A stretch of DNA of 64,000 nt from Candidatus Norongarragalinales archaeon (GCA_038884755.1 JAWABJ010000001.1:32001-96000); one strand, 5' to 3'; counted from the stretch's first letter, positions 48,069-58,341 are shown. The notes: generated from the sequence alone by a model not told the origin. Translations and numbers: made by a program.

Positions 48069-51000
48069 TCATTTCGGCGCTTGGCCTTCGAACGCGGTGC
48101 CGCCTTCGGAACCGAGCCAAACAACGTCCTGGTTAAGAGTGGAAACAAGCTGTAGGGTGCGATAGTTGATTTCACTCTTCATCAAAAGCGAGTTTGCGCC
48201 TCCTGTCTTGTCCGTCCAAGTTTGCCCCGCGTCGTGGCTGTAGAATATTCCGACCTCGTCGTTTTGCGTGTAATCGTCTTTAACCAATTCTCCCGAAGCC
48301 GCGTAAACCCGCTGCGGGTATTCGGGGTCGGTGTCGACTGCGGACAAGAAAGTGTACGGAAGCCTTCTGCTCCAAGTCCATTCGCTTCCGCTTTTAACCC
48401 CTTTCCACAATCCTCCTGACGCTCCATTTGGGCTGGTGTCGCTTTGCCCTATTTTCCTGAACGCTGCTATGTAGAGAGTTCCGTCGCTCGCCAATTCCAA
48501 ATCCCTAATGTCTTTCGGGGGCTTGATGAGTTGGTTGACCGAATCTATAATGTTGAGCTGCGTCCACGTTTGCCCGCCGTCGGTGCTCTCCCACACTCCG
48601 CCTCCCCCGCTTAAACCTTCTTGGATTCCGAGGAAAATGCGGTTCAAGTCGTTTTCGCCAACTTCAAACGCGTAGATGTTGGGGTTTGAAATTCCGAGCG
48701 TGGTTGTAATGCTTTGCCAAGTAGCCCCGCCGTCGCCGCTTTTGTACAAGCCGTTGCCGTAAACCGCGGCGAACAAGACGAGGTTGTTGCCCGCGTCCCG
48801 GAACGTTTTCAAATCAGTGATTTGCCTTGCCGGCAAACCGTTTTGCGGAATCGGCTCTCCGTTCGCGTCGCGCGCGTAGTCGCCCGGGTTGTATCCGCAA
48901 ATGCTTTTAGGCTGACCTACCGTACAAGCGAAAACTTGCACCGGCGTCCATTGCTCTTGCGGCGTGTCCATGCCCGTTATCTTGAACAGCACGCCTTTGT
49001 TGTCTTTGCCGTAATTGTTTTTGAGGCCGAACCCGACGAAGACCGATTGCGTTTGCTCGTCCGCCGCGATGGCGTAAGCGTCTTGCCCGTATTCGTTGAA
49101 AATGTCGAGCGTCATTTCGAGCGTGTAATTGTGTTTCGGTATGAACGTATTGCCGCCGTCTGAGGTTGTAGTAACGCCTACGTCGAAGTGGGCGAAAACA
49201 ACGTGCTGCGCGTCCCAAGGCAGCGGCAGGATGTCGTCGGTGTACAAAACTTCCGGCCCTTTCGTGCTCCAAGTCCCCAGCCTGCGGCCGCTCCCGCCGT
49301 AATTCACGTACGGCTCGTCGGAAATCTTGTTCGAGTAAAGCCCTTGCCACGTTGCCCCGCCGTCCTTCGACTCGTAAACTTGCGACCACGTTGCAGACAA
49401 TAGGTGGTCTGAAGGGCCTAGAGTTTTAACGAAAGTGTTCCTGAACGTTCCCGCTTCGTGCCAAGAGTCTTGGAAATTGCTCGCCGTCCACCTGCCAGAG
49501 CTTGAATCGTATTCGGGAAGCGGCCTTGTTATTTTAGCCCAAGTTGCGCCTGCATTGGCGCTTTTCCACAATCCCCTGGCCCACCAGCATCCCAAGTGGT
49601 TTCCGCTCGCGTAAACGACGTTAGCGTCGGCGGGCGAGGCTGAAACGCCCAGCCACCGTTTTCCTGAAAAAGTCGGCAGCCCGCCGTTGTCCATGGTTCC
49701 TGTGTCGGCGTCGTAGAAAGAATCGCTGCAGCCGTTGTTTGAAGGGATTGGCCGGGCGTTGGCTTTAATCCAGCTTGCCTGCTTGGTCAGGGGGTTGAGA
49801 GTTCCGACGTAAACGCCCCCGTCGGGCTGACCTTGGCCGTTGGTGAACTCGTCTACGACAACGTAGAGCTTTATTCCCTGGCCTGCGGTATAGCCCAACG
49901 CCATTTTCTTTATTCCGTACTCTGCGCTTTCGTAAGCGTTGCCGTTGGACATTGCAGGCGAAGGCAGCCCTTGGTTTTCTTGCTTCCAGCTCCAAGAGCC
50001 GTCGGGATTGTGCATTCCCCGCCAGAATCCGCCTTCATTTGGAATGGTTTGGGGGTTGTCGTATTGGTATGCGAACAACTGGGACTGGTTGGTGGGGTCT
50101 ATGTACAATCCGGCTATGGATATTCCGCCGTTGAAATTGAGGTTGTAGACCGGGTCGTTGTTGCCGCCTATTGCAACGCCGTCTTGGGCGCGTATTTTTA
50201 CCGGAGTCCAGCTCGCGCCCGTCCGGTTGTAGTACAATACCGCCCCAGCGCCTCTTACTGCGGCGTAAACGCCGTGCGTTGTCGCTTGCGTTTCGTTCAA
50301 AGCCAACGCCGTAAATGGGGCGCCGTCGTTGTTCCACCCGAAGTTGTGCTGGAGGCGGGCCCAGTTTTGCCCGCCATCAGTGCTTTCGAAAAGCCCGTGC
50401 GTCGAGGCGTAAAGCAACCCCGGGTTTTTGGTTGAGGCGGCAATGTCGTAAAACACGCCGTACCCGCCCCACCCTCCTCCAATAAAACCTTTGGACGAAG
50501 GAACCCAGTTTGCGCCCGCGTCAGTGCTTTTGTAGACTGTTCCCATGTCGTTTGTTGCATAGTATGTGGCTGGAACGAGCGGGTCTGCAATGATGTTGGT
50601 GAAAGCCCCGCCTCCGCCTATGCCTTTCTGCAGCCACAAGAAATCTCCCGGAGGCGATGGACTGGGAGAGGGTGATGGCGAAGGGCTTGGAGAAGGGGAA
50701 GGCGATGCGCTGGGCGAAGCCGACGGAGAAACGCTAGGCGACGGGGAAACGCTAGGCGAAGGAGAACCTTGCGTTTGAACTTGAATTCCAACCTCCCCGC
50801 ACCACAGCTTGTCTTGCGGAAGGATGCTTATGCAGCCTTGCGGCCTTTGCAAAGAAGCGCAAAAACTCCCGTCAGGCAAAACGTATTTAGAACGGTCGAC
50901 TTGCCCGCACGCGTTCCACTGGCTTCCAGCATAACAACTGGAATCCTTAGCCAAACGCGCCCAACAATTCGTTGCCTCGACGCTTTGCGAAGCGGGGGCG

Positions 51001-51098
51001 AAGACGAAGCTGCGGAATACAACCAGCCCCACGACCGCGATGAGCAAAACCCCTGCGAGCAGAATCATGTACTCGAATGCAGCCTGCCCGCGCTTCAC
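48069..51098 (-). CDS. Class III signal-peptide protein with Ser/Pro linker and Asp-box beta-propeller (GH74/VPS10-like)
   Basis: MKRG|QAAFEY, four-Cys domain, (SP)n, about 8 S-x-[DN]-x-G-x-x-[WF] boxes. Confidence 0.88.
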   Translation of the reverse strand: MKRGQAAFEYMILLAGVLLIAVVGLVVFRSFVFAPASQSVEATNCWARLAKDSSCYAGSQWNACGQVDRSKYVLPDGSFCASLQRPQGCISILPQDKLWCGEVGIQVQTQGSPSPSVSPSPSVSPSASPSASPSPSPSPSPSPSPSPSPPGDFLWLQKGIGGGGAFTNIIADPLVPATYYATNDMGTVYKSTDAGANWVPSSKGFIGGGWGGYGVFYDIAASTKNPGLLYASTHGLFESTDGGQNWARLQHNFGWNNDGAPFTALALNETQATTHGVYAAVRGAGAVLYYNRTGASWTPVKIRAQDGVAIGGNNDPVYNLNFNGGISIAGLYIDPTNQSQLFAYQYDNPQTIPNEGGFWRGMHNPDGSWSWKQENQGLPSPAMSNGNAYESAEYGIKKMALGYTAGQGIKLYVVVDEFTNGQGQPDGGVYVGTLNPLTKQASWIKANARPIPSNNGCSDSFYDADTGTMDNGGLPTFSGKRWLGVSASPADANVVYASGNHLGCWWARGLWKSANAGATWAKITRPLPEYDSSSGRWTASNFQDSWHEAGTFRNTFVKTLGPSDHLLSATWSQVYESKDGGATWQGLYSNKISDEPYVNYGGSGRRLGTWSTKGPEVLYTDDILPLPWDAQHVVFAHFDVGVTTTSDGGNTFIPKHNYTLEMTLDIFNEYGQDAYAIAADEQTQSVFVGFGLKNNYGKDNKGVLFKITGMDTPQEQWTPVQVFACTVGQPKSICGYNPGDYARDANGEPIPQNGLPARQITDLKTFRDAGNNLVLFAAVYGNGLYKSGDGGATWQSITTTLGISNPNIYAFEVGENDLNRIFLGIQEGLSGGGGVWESTDGGQTWTQLNIIDSVNQLIKPPKDIRDLELASDGTLYIAAFRKIGQSDTSPNGASGGLWKGVKSGSEWTWSRRLPYTFLSAVDTDPEYPQRVYAASGELVKDDYTQNDEVGIFYSHDAGQTWTDKTGGANSLLMKSEINYRTLQLVSTLNQDVVWLGSEGGTAFEGQAPK
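50648..50768 (-). repeat. Low-complexity Ser-Pro linker
   Basis: SPSPSVSPSPSVSPSASPSASPSPSP...; GAAACGCTAGGCGA repeated at 18-bp spacing. Confidence 0.85.
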
Positions 51099-51181
51099 AG
51101 AAAAATCTCCTCTTACGGTTTTCCCACCCTATGGAAATCTTAAAACGAAAGAGTGTTATTAATCCGTTTGCTTTTTCCTAC

Positions 51182-52198
51182 GTGATTTTCAAGAACGAGC
51201 TTGCGTTGAAGGCGGATTTCGTTCCCGATTCGCTGCCCGGGCGAGAGGGTGAGATAAACGAAATCGTTTTTTCCCTAGAGCCGGCTTTCGAAGGGCGCAA
51301 GGCGCGCAACTTGTTTTTGTTCGGGGCGACGGGGACAGGCAAAACGTCGTGCGTGAAAAAAGTTTTCGGGCGCTTCAACGAGGAGTCGAAAACCGCGAAA
51401 GCGGTTTTCGTCAACTGCTGGCAGAACCCGACCCGCAATTCCGTGCTTTCGCGCATTGCGGAAGCGTCCGGCGAAGCTTTGCCGCGCAGGGGTTTGGGGA
51501 CCGACGAGGTGCTCGAGCGGGTGGCGCAAGCTTTCCGGATGCAGAAAGCGTCTTGCGTTATTGCATTGGACGAGTGCGACCGTTTGCTGCACAACCGAGA
51601 GGATGCGGTTGTTTACGACTTGCTTCGCAGCGATTTCGTTTCGGCAATCGTTTGCATCACCAACGACGCGGGGTTTCTGGAAAAGATTGACGAGCGAATC
51701 CGCAGTTCTCTCCAGCCTTCCGCGCTTGAGTTTTCCCGCTATTCTCCGGTCGCGTTGAAGCGAATCCTTTCGGAAAGGGCTTCGCTTGCCTTCAAGCCCG
51801 GCGCTTGCGGCGAGGAAGCGATTGCGCTGGTCGCGGCTTACGCGTCGAAGCAGGGGGGCGACGCGCGCGTCGCAATCGAGGCGTTGTGGCGTTGCGGAAA
51901 GAACGCGGAAGCACGTGGAGCAAACAAAATAGAAAAGCGGGATTTCGAAATGCTCAAGGAAAACCCTTCCATGCAGAAACGCATGCAGGGACTGGGCGAA
52001 ATAGAAGCTAAGATAGTTGATTTGCTGAGGGAAAGCGAAGGCAAGAGCCTGCTTGCGGGAGAAATTTACTCTTCGCTGGGGTTGAACGACCGGACGCTGC
52101 GCAACCACCTCAAGCTTTTGGAGTCGAAGAAAATAATTTCCGTCGAGAGCGTGCAGTTGAAGGAAGGGCGTTCGAGCAGGATTTCTTTGCTTTTGTAA
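51182..52198 (+). CDS. cdc6: Orc1/Cdc6-family AAA+ ATPase
   Basis: LPGRE, GATGTGKT, VNCW, LDECD, RIRSSL, GDARVAI; GTG start inferred. Confidence 0.9.
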   Translation: MIFKNELALKADFVPDSLPGREGEINEIVFSLEPAFEGRKARNLFLFGATGTGKTSCVKKVFGRFNEESKTAKAVFVNCWQNPTRNSVLSRIAEASGEALPRRGLGTDEVLERVAQAFRMQKASCVIALDECDRLLHNREDAVVYDLLRSDFVSAIVCITNDAGFLEKIDERIRSSLQPSALEFSRYSPVALKRILSERASLAFKPGACGEEAIALVAAYASKQGGDARVAIEALWRCGKNAEARGANKIEKRDFEMLKENPSMQKRMQGLGEIEAKIVDLLRESEGKSLLAGEIYSSLGLNDRTLRNHLKLLESKKIISVESVQLKEGRSSRISLLL

Positions 52199-53392
52199 TC
52201 ATTTTGCAAACGCGATTTCTATCGCATCCCTATGCTTCAAAACGTGGTCTTTGCCTACCAGCTGTTTCGTCTTGACGTCCACCGCCTTGATGAAATTATT
52301 GCCTATATCACTGTGGAGCTTGAAGGCGAAATCCAATGCCGTTGCATCGCCCGGCAGCAAAAAGCAATCCGGAAGAACGTTTCCGTGCTGGTCTTCAAGC
52401 TTGTTCACGCCCGCGGGGAATATTGCTTTATAGCCGAGCACTCCGAACACGGTCTCGTCCAGCGCCTGCTGCACTCCCGTGGAACCGAACTTTTGCAGTA
52501 CGCCTTGCCTTATGAATTCCAGTCCTTTCGACTGCTGTTCGCTCAATTGCTTTAAGATTTTGAATTCGGAGTCGCCGGGGTAGTATTCGATGGCGCCGTC
52601 GCGTGCTGCCTTTCGCAACGCCATTTCAGCGACTCCCGAGCAGGCGATGATTTTCAAGTGCGGGAATTCTTTCTTGAGCGCGGCAATGTTGTTTTCGGCG
52701 TGGGGCTTGTCGGCCTTGTTGGCCGCGATTATTATTGGCTTGGTGTGTGCGCGGAGGTATTTCGCGAACGACATTGTGTCCGCCTCGTTCCACTCGCGCA
52801 ATTGCTTTTCGACCAGTCCTGTCTTGCGTATCGCGGTTTCGATGTTGAAGGGCGTTGCGCCCAACCCGCTGAGGATTTGGGCTATGGCTTCGTTCCTTTC
52901 GCTCGCGCTTTTGTACGGGGTTTTGGATATTTTCGCCCAATTGCGCTGTATTATGCCGTGAAACCACAAGTCGACTTCCTTTTCCAGGAACTCTACGTCC
53001 ATGCACGGGTCGTGCGTTCCTGCCGGAACCTCTTCACCTTTTTCGTTCGTGCCGCCGCTTGCGTCTACGACGTGTATCAACGCGTCTGCCTGCCGCAAGT
53101 CGTCCATGAACTTGTTTCCCATCCCGACTCCCTTGTGCGCGTCGGGCACAAGCCCCGCGACATCGAGTATTTCAACGGGGACATAGCGAATGCCGTTCTT
53201 GCAAAACCCGCTGCGCGGGTTGCATTGCACTCCCAACTCTCGGTCTATGCATTGCACGCGCACGAAGCCCACTCCCTTGTTGGGCTCGATGGTAGTGAAT
53301 GGGTAATTGGCTATTGCTACGTCGACGAGCGTCGCCGCGCTGAAGAAAGTGCTTTTGCCTGCGCTGGGCTTTCCCACCAACCCAACTAACAT
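52199..53392 (-). CDS. ychF: Obg-family ATPase/GTPase YchF (archaeal)
   Basis: GKPSAGKST, YPFTT, DVAGLV, NKAD, TGS domain. Confidence 0.95.
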   Translation of the reverse strand: MLVGLVGKPSAGKSTFFSAATLVDVAIANYPFTTIEPNKGVGFVRVQCIDRELGVQCNPRSGFCKNGIRYVPVEILDVAGLVPDAHKGVGMGNKFMDDLRQADALIHVVDASGGTNEKGEEVPAGTHDPCMDVEFLEKEVDLWFHGIIQRNWAKISKTPYKSASERNEAIAQILSGLGATPFNIETAIRKTGLVEKQLREWNEADTMSFAKYLRAHTKPIIIAANKADKPHAENNIAALKKEFPHLKIIACSGVAEMALRKAARDGAIEYYPGDSEFKILKQLSEQQSKGLEFIRQGVLQKFGSTGVQQALDETVFGVLGYKAIFPAGVNKLEDQHGNVLPDCFLLPGDATALDFAFKLHSDIGNNFIKAVDVKTKQLVGKDHVLKHRDAIEIAFAK

Positions 53393-53452
53393 GGTTTTTT
53401 ATTTGCCTCGCAAGGTAATTATTTCCTTTGTTTTTCGCGTGGTGGGCTTTTC

Positions 53453-54589
53453 GTGATTTGGACTGTGAAGCATGCGCCTAAGAGCGTGGACGAGATTGCG
53501 GGGAACGACGAGGCCAAAGCGCATGCGAAAAAATGGGCTTTGGATTGGGCGAGGGGCAAAAGGCAAAAGCCCCTGCTGGTTTCCGGGCCTTCCGGCTCTG
53601 GAAAAACCGCGTTGGTCCGAGCCATTGCGATCGAGTTCGGCTGGATTTTGGTTGAATCCGGGTCTTCTGACGTGAGGGACGAAAAGCGCTTGTCGAAGCA
53701 GTTTGGGCTTGGGACCACGGGTGGGCTGTGGGGGACGAGGCTGTTGTTCATAGACGATTTGGATTCTGTTTTCGACCGGGGTGAAGTGCCCGCGCTGTTG
53801 GAACTGCTTTCCAGCGCTTCGCAGCCCACGATTTTGTGCGCGAACGACGTTTGGGACCCCAAGCTTTCGAAAATAAGGTCGGAGTGTGCGAGGGTGGAAT
53901 TGAAGAAAATAAACAAGGCCGAGGTGCGCAGGGTTTTGCAGGGGATTTGCGAAAAGGAAAAGCTTGGCGTTGGAAAAGAGAAGATAGACGAGATTGTTGA
54001 GGCTTGCGGCGGGGACTTGAGGGCTGCGATAATCGACTTGCAAAGCGGTTTTGTTTCCGAACGCGAAGGCAAGGAAGACGTTTTCAAAACTCTCTCCTCG
54101 CTTTTCAAAGGCTCTTTCGACGGTGCCTTGAAGCTCGAGCCCGAGGATTTTGACTTGTTCTACTGGTGGATAGAAGAAAACATTCCTGCGGAGTACGAGT
54201 CTAACGAGGAAATTGCTCAAGCGTACGGTTGGCTTTCGAAAGCCGACGTTTTCAAAGGCAGGATTTCGAAAAGGCAGGACTGGGGCTTGCAAAAATTCGT
54301 CCGCGCCCTTGCGCTTGGTGGAGTTGCTTCGGCGAAAAAAACTCCGTACCGGAAATTTTCGCGCTACCAATTCCCTTCAATAATACGAATGCTTGGCTCT
54401 AGTAAAGGCGCTCGCGGGATGGTCAAAGAAATTTCTTTGAAAGCCGCCGCGGGGATGCACTGCTCTTCGCGGCAGGCGTTTTCCTCGCTCCTGCTCTTGC
54501 CCCCGTCCTCGTGGGAATCGCTGGGATTAAATGAAGAGGAAAAGTCGTTTTTGAAGGAATTGCAGGACGAGCGCTCTAATGCAAAATAG
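53453..54589 (+). CDS. rfcL: Replication factor C large subunit
   Basis: WTVKHAP, GPSGSGKT, GDLRAAI, WIEEN, LSKADVF. Confidence 0.9.
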   Translation: MIWTVKHAPKSVDEIAGNDEAKAHAKKWALDWARGKRQKPLLVSGPSGSGKTALVRAIAIEFGWILVESGSSDVRDEKRLSKQFGLGTTGGLWGTRLLFIDDLDSVFDRGEVPALLELLSSASQPTILCANDVWDPKLSKIRSECARVELKKINKAEVRRVLQGICEKEKLGVGKEKIDEIVEACGGDLRAAIIDLQSGFVSEREGKEDVFKTLSSLFKGSFDGALKLEPEDFDLFYWWIEENIPAEYESNEEIAQAYGWLSKADVFKGRISKRQDWGLQKFVRALALGGVASAKKTPYRKFSRYQFPSIIRMLGSSKGARGMVKEISLKAAAGMHCSSRQAFSSLLLLPPSSWESLGLNEEEKSFLKELQDERSNAK

Positions 54590-54600
54590 GGCGCGCGCCT

Positions 54601-55323
54601 TTACTTTCCGTTTTCTTCCTGCTTTTGTAAGAACTTGAAAGCCACTACCAGCGCAAACGCCGCAAGCAAAACCCAAAAGTAGTTTTTCTGGATGTCCGAA
54701 ACGCTTTTCGCGAAAAACTCGTTCACTTCCTCGCTCAAGCTTTTTTCCCGCGTGAATTCCACGTCCCACTTTCCGAGAATCGGGCCTTGCCAGGTTATGA
54801 CGTTCTTCTGCCTCTGCGGGCCGGGATCCGGCGAAACCAGTATTTCCTGTGCGTCTGCGGGGACTTCAAGCGTGAAGCTCATGCTGTTTCCCAGGCTTAT
54901 TTCGCCTCTGGAGGAAATGAGCGCAATGAGCGGCGTGTTGAGGCTGTATTTCGTCCCGCGCGAGGAAACTGGCTCCAAGCGCATCACTTTCTCCGCATCG
55001 TATTCCAGCGTGACGCTTGCCGCGTTGGGGTGGATTTCGTACTCGCGCGTCGCGACGATCCGCAGGTTGGATACGCCTCCGGAAAAGTGGTAGCCTATGT
55101 TTTTGGAAAACCGCTTCCAGTCCAGGAGCGTGCTTTGCCCCAAGTGCAGGTAGTAGTCGAACGCCTCTTTTTCCAAGTCGTTTTCCAGAAAGAAAACGCT
55201 TTTTTCGGTGATTCGCGCGTCGCCGCCTTCCAAAACCTTCACGTAAACGGAAAAAGACTGGTCTAGGTAAGCGAAGGCGCTGGCGCACAGCGCGAGAATT
55301 GCGAGAAAGGCGGTTAGCTTCAT
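54601..55323 (-). CDS. Exported protein with C-terminal TM
   Basis: Signal peptide, beta-rich body, C-terminal anchor. Confidence 0.75.
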   Translation of the reverse strand: MKLTAFLAILALCASAFAYLDQSFSVYVKVLEGGDARITEKSVFFLENDLEKEAFDYYLHLGQSTLLDWKRFSKNIGYHFSGGVSNLRIVATREYEIHPNAASVTLEYDAEKVMRLEPVSSRGTKYSLNTPLIALISSRGEISLGNSMSFTLEVPADAQEILVSPDPGPQRQKNVITWQGPILGKWDVEFTREKSLSEEVNEFFAKSVSDIQKNYFWVLLAAFALVVAFKFLQKQEENGK

Positions 55324-55386
55324 GAAAACCCTATTACCGCAATTGGCTTAAAGGGCTTTCTGCTTGATGGAATAAAGAACAAACCA

Positions 55387-55980
55387 ATGAGGGCTTTCTT
55401 TTCCTTTCCCGCAGCCTTGTTTTTCGTTTTGGCGATACTGGCTTTAGCGGCCGCACACCGCGCTTTGTCTTCCTCGGCAGCCGACGCTTCGGCTGCGGTG
55501 CTGGTTTTGGAACAAAAGCATTACGCGGACGTTACGCTGAAGAAAGTTTTATCGCAAGTTTTTTCTTTGAGCGAAGGCTTTGACGAAAAACAGTCGAGCG
55601 AAAACATCGCCGAAAACCTCGCGTCGCTCGAGGGCTTTGCCGAAGGGCATTACGCGCGGCAGGGTGTCGAAGTTTCTTTGTGGTTCGGCGCTTTCGACTC
55701 TTTCGAAGAGGGAAGGGTTTTGCGCGAAACGCTTTCTTCCGGAAGGCCGGTGCGTTGTTCCCACTGTTATGCTTTGGGCGAGTGGACTGTTGATTGGGAG
55801 GGAAGGCTGGCGCGCAAGTCGGTGGAACTGGTTTTCAACCGCAGCGTTTCCAAGCGCGGGATGGTGCATACGCCTTCCTCTTCCGAGTGGGCTGGAGAGG
55901 AAATAGCTTTCGGCGCCACGTTTTACAACCCGCGCTACAAGCTGGCGTGGGTTTCGGTCGTGCGCGAGGGGTTCGGTTGA
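55387..55980 (+). CDS. Pilin-cluster hypothetical protein
   Basis: MRA|FFS plus hydrophobic helix; CSHC. Confidence 0.65.
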   Translation: MRAFFSFPAALFFVLAILALAAAHRALSSSAADASAAVLVLEQKHYADVTLKKVLSQVFSLSEGFDEKQSSENIAENLASLEGFAEGHYARQGVEVSLWFGAFDSFEEGRVLRETLSSGRPVRCSHCYALGEWTVDWEGRLARKSVELVFNRSVSKRGMVHTPSSSEWAGEEIAFGATFYNPRYKLAWVSVVREGFG

Positions 55981-55981
55981 A

Positions 55982-56320
55982 ATGCGCAAAGCGCAATTTT
56001 CCCTGGAGTTTTTGCTTTTGCTGGCGGCTTTTTTGGCTTTTGCGGGAGTGTTCGCTTCTGCCGGCAAAGCGGTTTTCCAGAAGAGCGTTTTGCTGTCGCA
56101 AGAGGTTTCCACTGAGGAAAAGCTTTCGGGCGCATGCCTTTACATAGATTTCTTTTCCCTCGACGGGCTGCACGCCGTTTCCGGGGGCGAAAGCTTCCAA
56201 GGGTTTTCCTCTCAGGGGAGGAGGCTGTTTTTCGGGAATTTTTCCGCCGAATGCAATTCGCGCTTTCGCTTTGAAGGCGGGAAGCTGAAAGTCGAGGTTT
56301 CGGTGTTGGAGGCGCGTTGA
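55982..56320 (+). CDS. Class III signal-peptide (pilin-like) protein
   Basis: MRKA|QFSLEFLLLL. Confidence 0.8.
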   Translation: MRKAQFSLEFLLLLAAFLAFAGVFASAGKAVFQKSVLLSQEVSTEEKLSGACLYIDFFSLDGLHAVSGGESFQGFSSQGRRLFFGNFSAECNSRFRFEGGKLKVEVSVLEAR

Positions 56321-56641
56321 TTGTCTTTCTCTTGGGATTTTGCAGCGGCGACTGCAATTGTCTTGATTCTGGCGTGGGCTTTCGTTTCAGCGTTTTACAT
56401 TTCGTCGAATTCGCTGGCTTCCGGCTTGGCTTTCGCCGAGAAACAGCGCGCTGCGTTGTTCAAGGCGGATTTTTTGCTGAAAAACTGTTTTCCCGTAGGC
56501 ATAGCGCATTGCGAAGGCGGTTTCGCGCATTCGCATGAAGCCAGTGCTTCAGCCAACCTGACTTTCGGTGGCGGGAGTTTTTGCGTCAAGAGGCTGGTTT
56601 TGCAGGGCAATGCGGCAAGGGTGGTTGTGGTTTGCGTTTGA
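56321..56641 (+). CDS. Pilin-like small protein
   Basis: SFSWDF plus hydrophobic helix, several Cys. Confidence 0.6.
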   Translation: MSFSWDFAAATAIVLILAWAFVSAFYISSNSLASGLAFAEKQRAALFKADFLLKNCFPVGIAHCEGGFAHSHEASASANLTFGGGSFCVKRLVLQGNAARVVVVCV

Positions 56642-57039
56642 ACGCTTTCGCTTCGGTCGAAGCGGTTTTGGCACTGGTTTTTGCGGCAGGCGCGTTCGTT
56701 GTCATCCTGCCTTCGTTCCACCCCGCGCTTTCTTTCACGGTTCTGCACAGGCAGCAGTTTGCTCAGGATTTTGCCGAAATTTCGCTTTCCAAGCCCGAGT
56801 TTTTCCAAGCGGTTTTGGGCTTGCGCGAAGGGCGGGAGGTTTCAAAGCGCTTTTTGAAGGCAGAATATTCGAAGATTTTGGAGGGCTTGGGGGATTTTTG
56901 CGTCGAGTTGAGCGCTGGAGGCAACGCTGTGCAGGCGAATTGCGGCTTCGAAATCACGTCGAAAGCGCGCGTGTCAAGAATGGTTTTTGACGGGCGGGAT
57001 TTTTTTGAGCTTGCCGTTTCCGTGGGCTCCCGCGATTAA
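56632..57039 (+). CDS. Pilin-like protein
   Basis: RLNA|FASVEAVLAL (E at +5); start inferred. Confidence 0.65.
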   Translation: MRLNAFASVEAVLALVFAAGAFVVILPSFHPALSFTVLHRQQFAQDFAEISLSKPEFFQAVLGLREGREVSKRFLKAEYSKILEGLGDFCVELSAGGNAVQANCGFEITSKARVSRMVFDGRDFFELAVSVGSRD

Positions 57040-57470
57040 CCGCCTCGTTTTTCTTCAAAGTTAATCTGAATTTCCCGCTTGTTTTCGAACACTGCTTGGA
57101 ATTCTCCTTTTGCGAATTCGGCTTGCCCGAACTTGACTGGGAAGCCGAGTTTTTCACGCAGGGTTTTTGTTTTGCCGGCGTGCGAGTAGTCCATGTTCAT
57201 TGTTTTCGTCGTTTCGTCGAAGGAAAGGATGGTTTCGGCTTGAAAAAAGATTTTCTCCTTCAACAGCGCTCCGAATCCCATGGTTTCGGCCTGCCTTGCC
57301 GTTCCAGCAATGCGTTGGAACGCGGAAAGCTGGGTTTGGTCTGTTATGGCTTCGCGGGTTTTTTCCTGCGCTTGCGCGTAGGCGGGGGACAGTGCGAGGA
57401 GAAACGCCGCCGACGCGGCCATTACCAGCATGAACTCCACTGAAAGCTGCGCGCGTTTTGTTTGCTTCAT
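57036..57470 (-). CDS. Class III signal-peptide (pilin-like) protein
   Basis: MKQTKRA|QLSVEFMLV. Confidence 0.8.
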   Translation of the reverse strand: MKQTKRAQLSVEFMLVMAASAAFLLALSPAYAQAQEKTREAITDQTQLSAFQRIAGTARQAETMGFGALLKEKIFFQAETILSFDETTKTMNMDYSHAGKTKTLREKLGFPVKFGQAEFAKGEFQAVFENKREIQINFEEKRGG

Positions 57471-57658
57471 TTTATGTCCGCGATTTGGTCGAACGCCTTG
57501 TCGGTCGCGTTGCTCAGCACTTTTTTTCCTTTTTCGGCAGTGTTTTGCAACTGTGTTATGAGCACTAGCGCGACTGCCACGAGCGCCGCAATGACTATCA
57601 AAAGCTCGGCGGAAACCTGCGCTTCGTCGCTCATGCCCAAGAGCCCTTTTTCTTCCAT
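57467..57658 (-). CDS. Minimal class III signal-peptide pilin
   Basis: DEA|QVSAELLIVIAALVAVAL, 63 aa. Confidence 0.8.
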   Translation of the reverse strand: MEEKGLLGMSDEAQVSAELLIVIAALVAVALVLITQLQNTAEKGKKVLSNATDKAFDQIADIK

Positions 57659-57735
57659 GTCAGCAAAAACAAGCGCGCTTTCGGTTAAAGCGGTTCGGTT
57701 GATTTTTTTTAAACCGGAAGTTTAAAACTGCTTTT

Positions 57736-58341
57736 TCAGAACGAGGCTTCGAACGGGTTGGATAGCATTACGGCGAAAAGCACGGCCAGCGTTATGGCCC
57801 AAACCGCCTTGTTCCAGGCGAAAACCTTGCTGCCGTCCAGGGGGAATACAGGAATCAGGTTGAACGCGCCGAGGAAGGCGTTGACTGAAATGCCGATTGC
57901 CGCGAGGGTTGAAAACTCTGTGGAGGAACGCCCCAACGCCAAAAACCCTATTGCAAGCGCCAGGTTCACGAGCGGCCCTGCCAAGGCAATCTTGCCGTTT
58001 TGCTCTTCGCTAATGCGCTTTCCGAAGATGTAGACTGCGCCGGGCGCGGCGAAAATGAAGCTCCCGTCGGTCAGGAACGCGACGAACAGCGCGATGAACA
58101 ACCCCGTAGTCCAAGAGCGGTATTCCGCTTGCGCGCCGTATTTTATCGCGACAAACTTATGTCCCAATTCGTGCAGCACGAATCCCGCTCCCAGGGTGAG
58201 GAACACGAGCGTAAAGCGTTCGAAGGAAAAAGAGCCGACCGGGAAGAGTGTGAACGCCAACGCTATCGTAATTACGGAAATGAAAATGTGCGCGGCTTCT
58301 ACCTTTCCTATGCTGAATTTTTTTACAGCCATGTTTTCCAC
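57736..58341 (-). CDS. Site-2 protease (M50)
   Basis: HELGH, AAPGAV, AGPLVN, FNLIPVFPLDG. Confidence 0.95.
   Translation of the reverse strand: MENMAVKKFSIGKVEAAHIFISVITIALAFTLFPVGSFSFERFTLVFLTLGAGFVLHELGHKFVAIKYGAQAEYRSWTTGLFIALFVAFLTDGSFIFAAPGAVYIFGKRISEEQNGKIALAGPLVNLALAIGFLALGRSSTEFSTLAAIGISVNAFLGAFNLIPVFPLDGSKVFAWNKAVWAITLAVLFAVMLSNPFEASF

Noticed and set aside
51099..51181. Replication origin beside cdc6
   Set aside because: Short interval with no repeated ORB elements recognised
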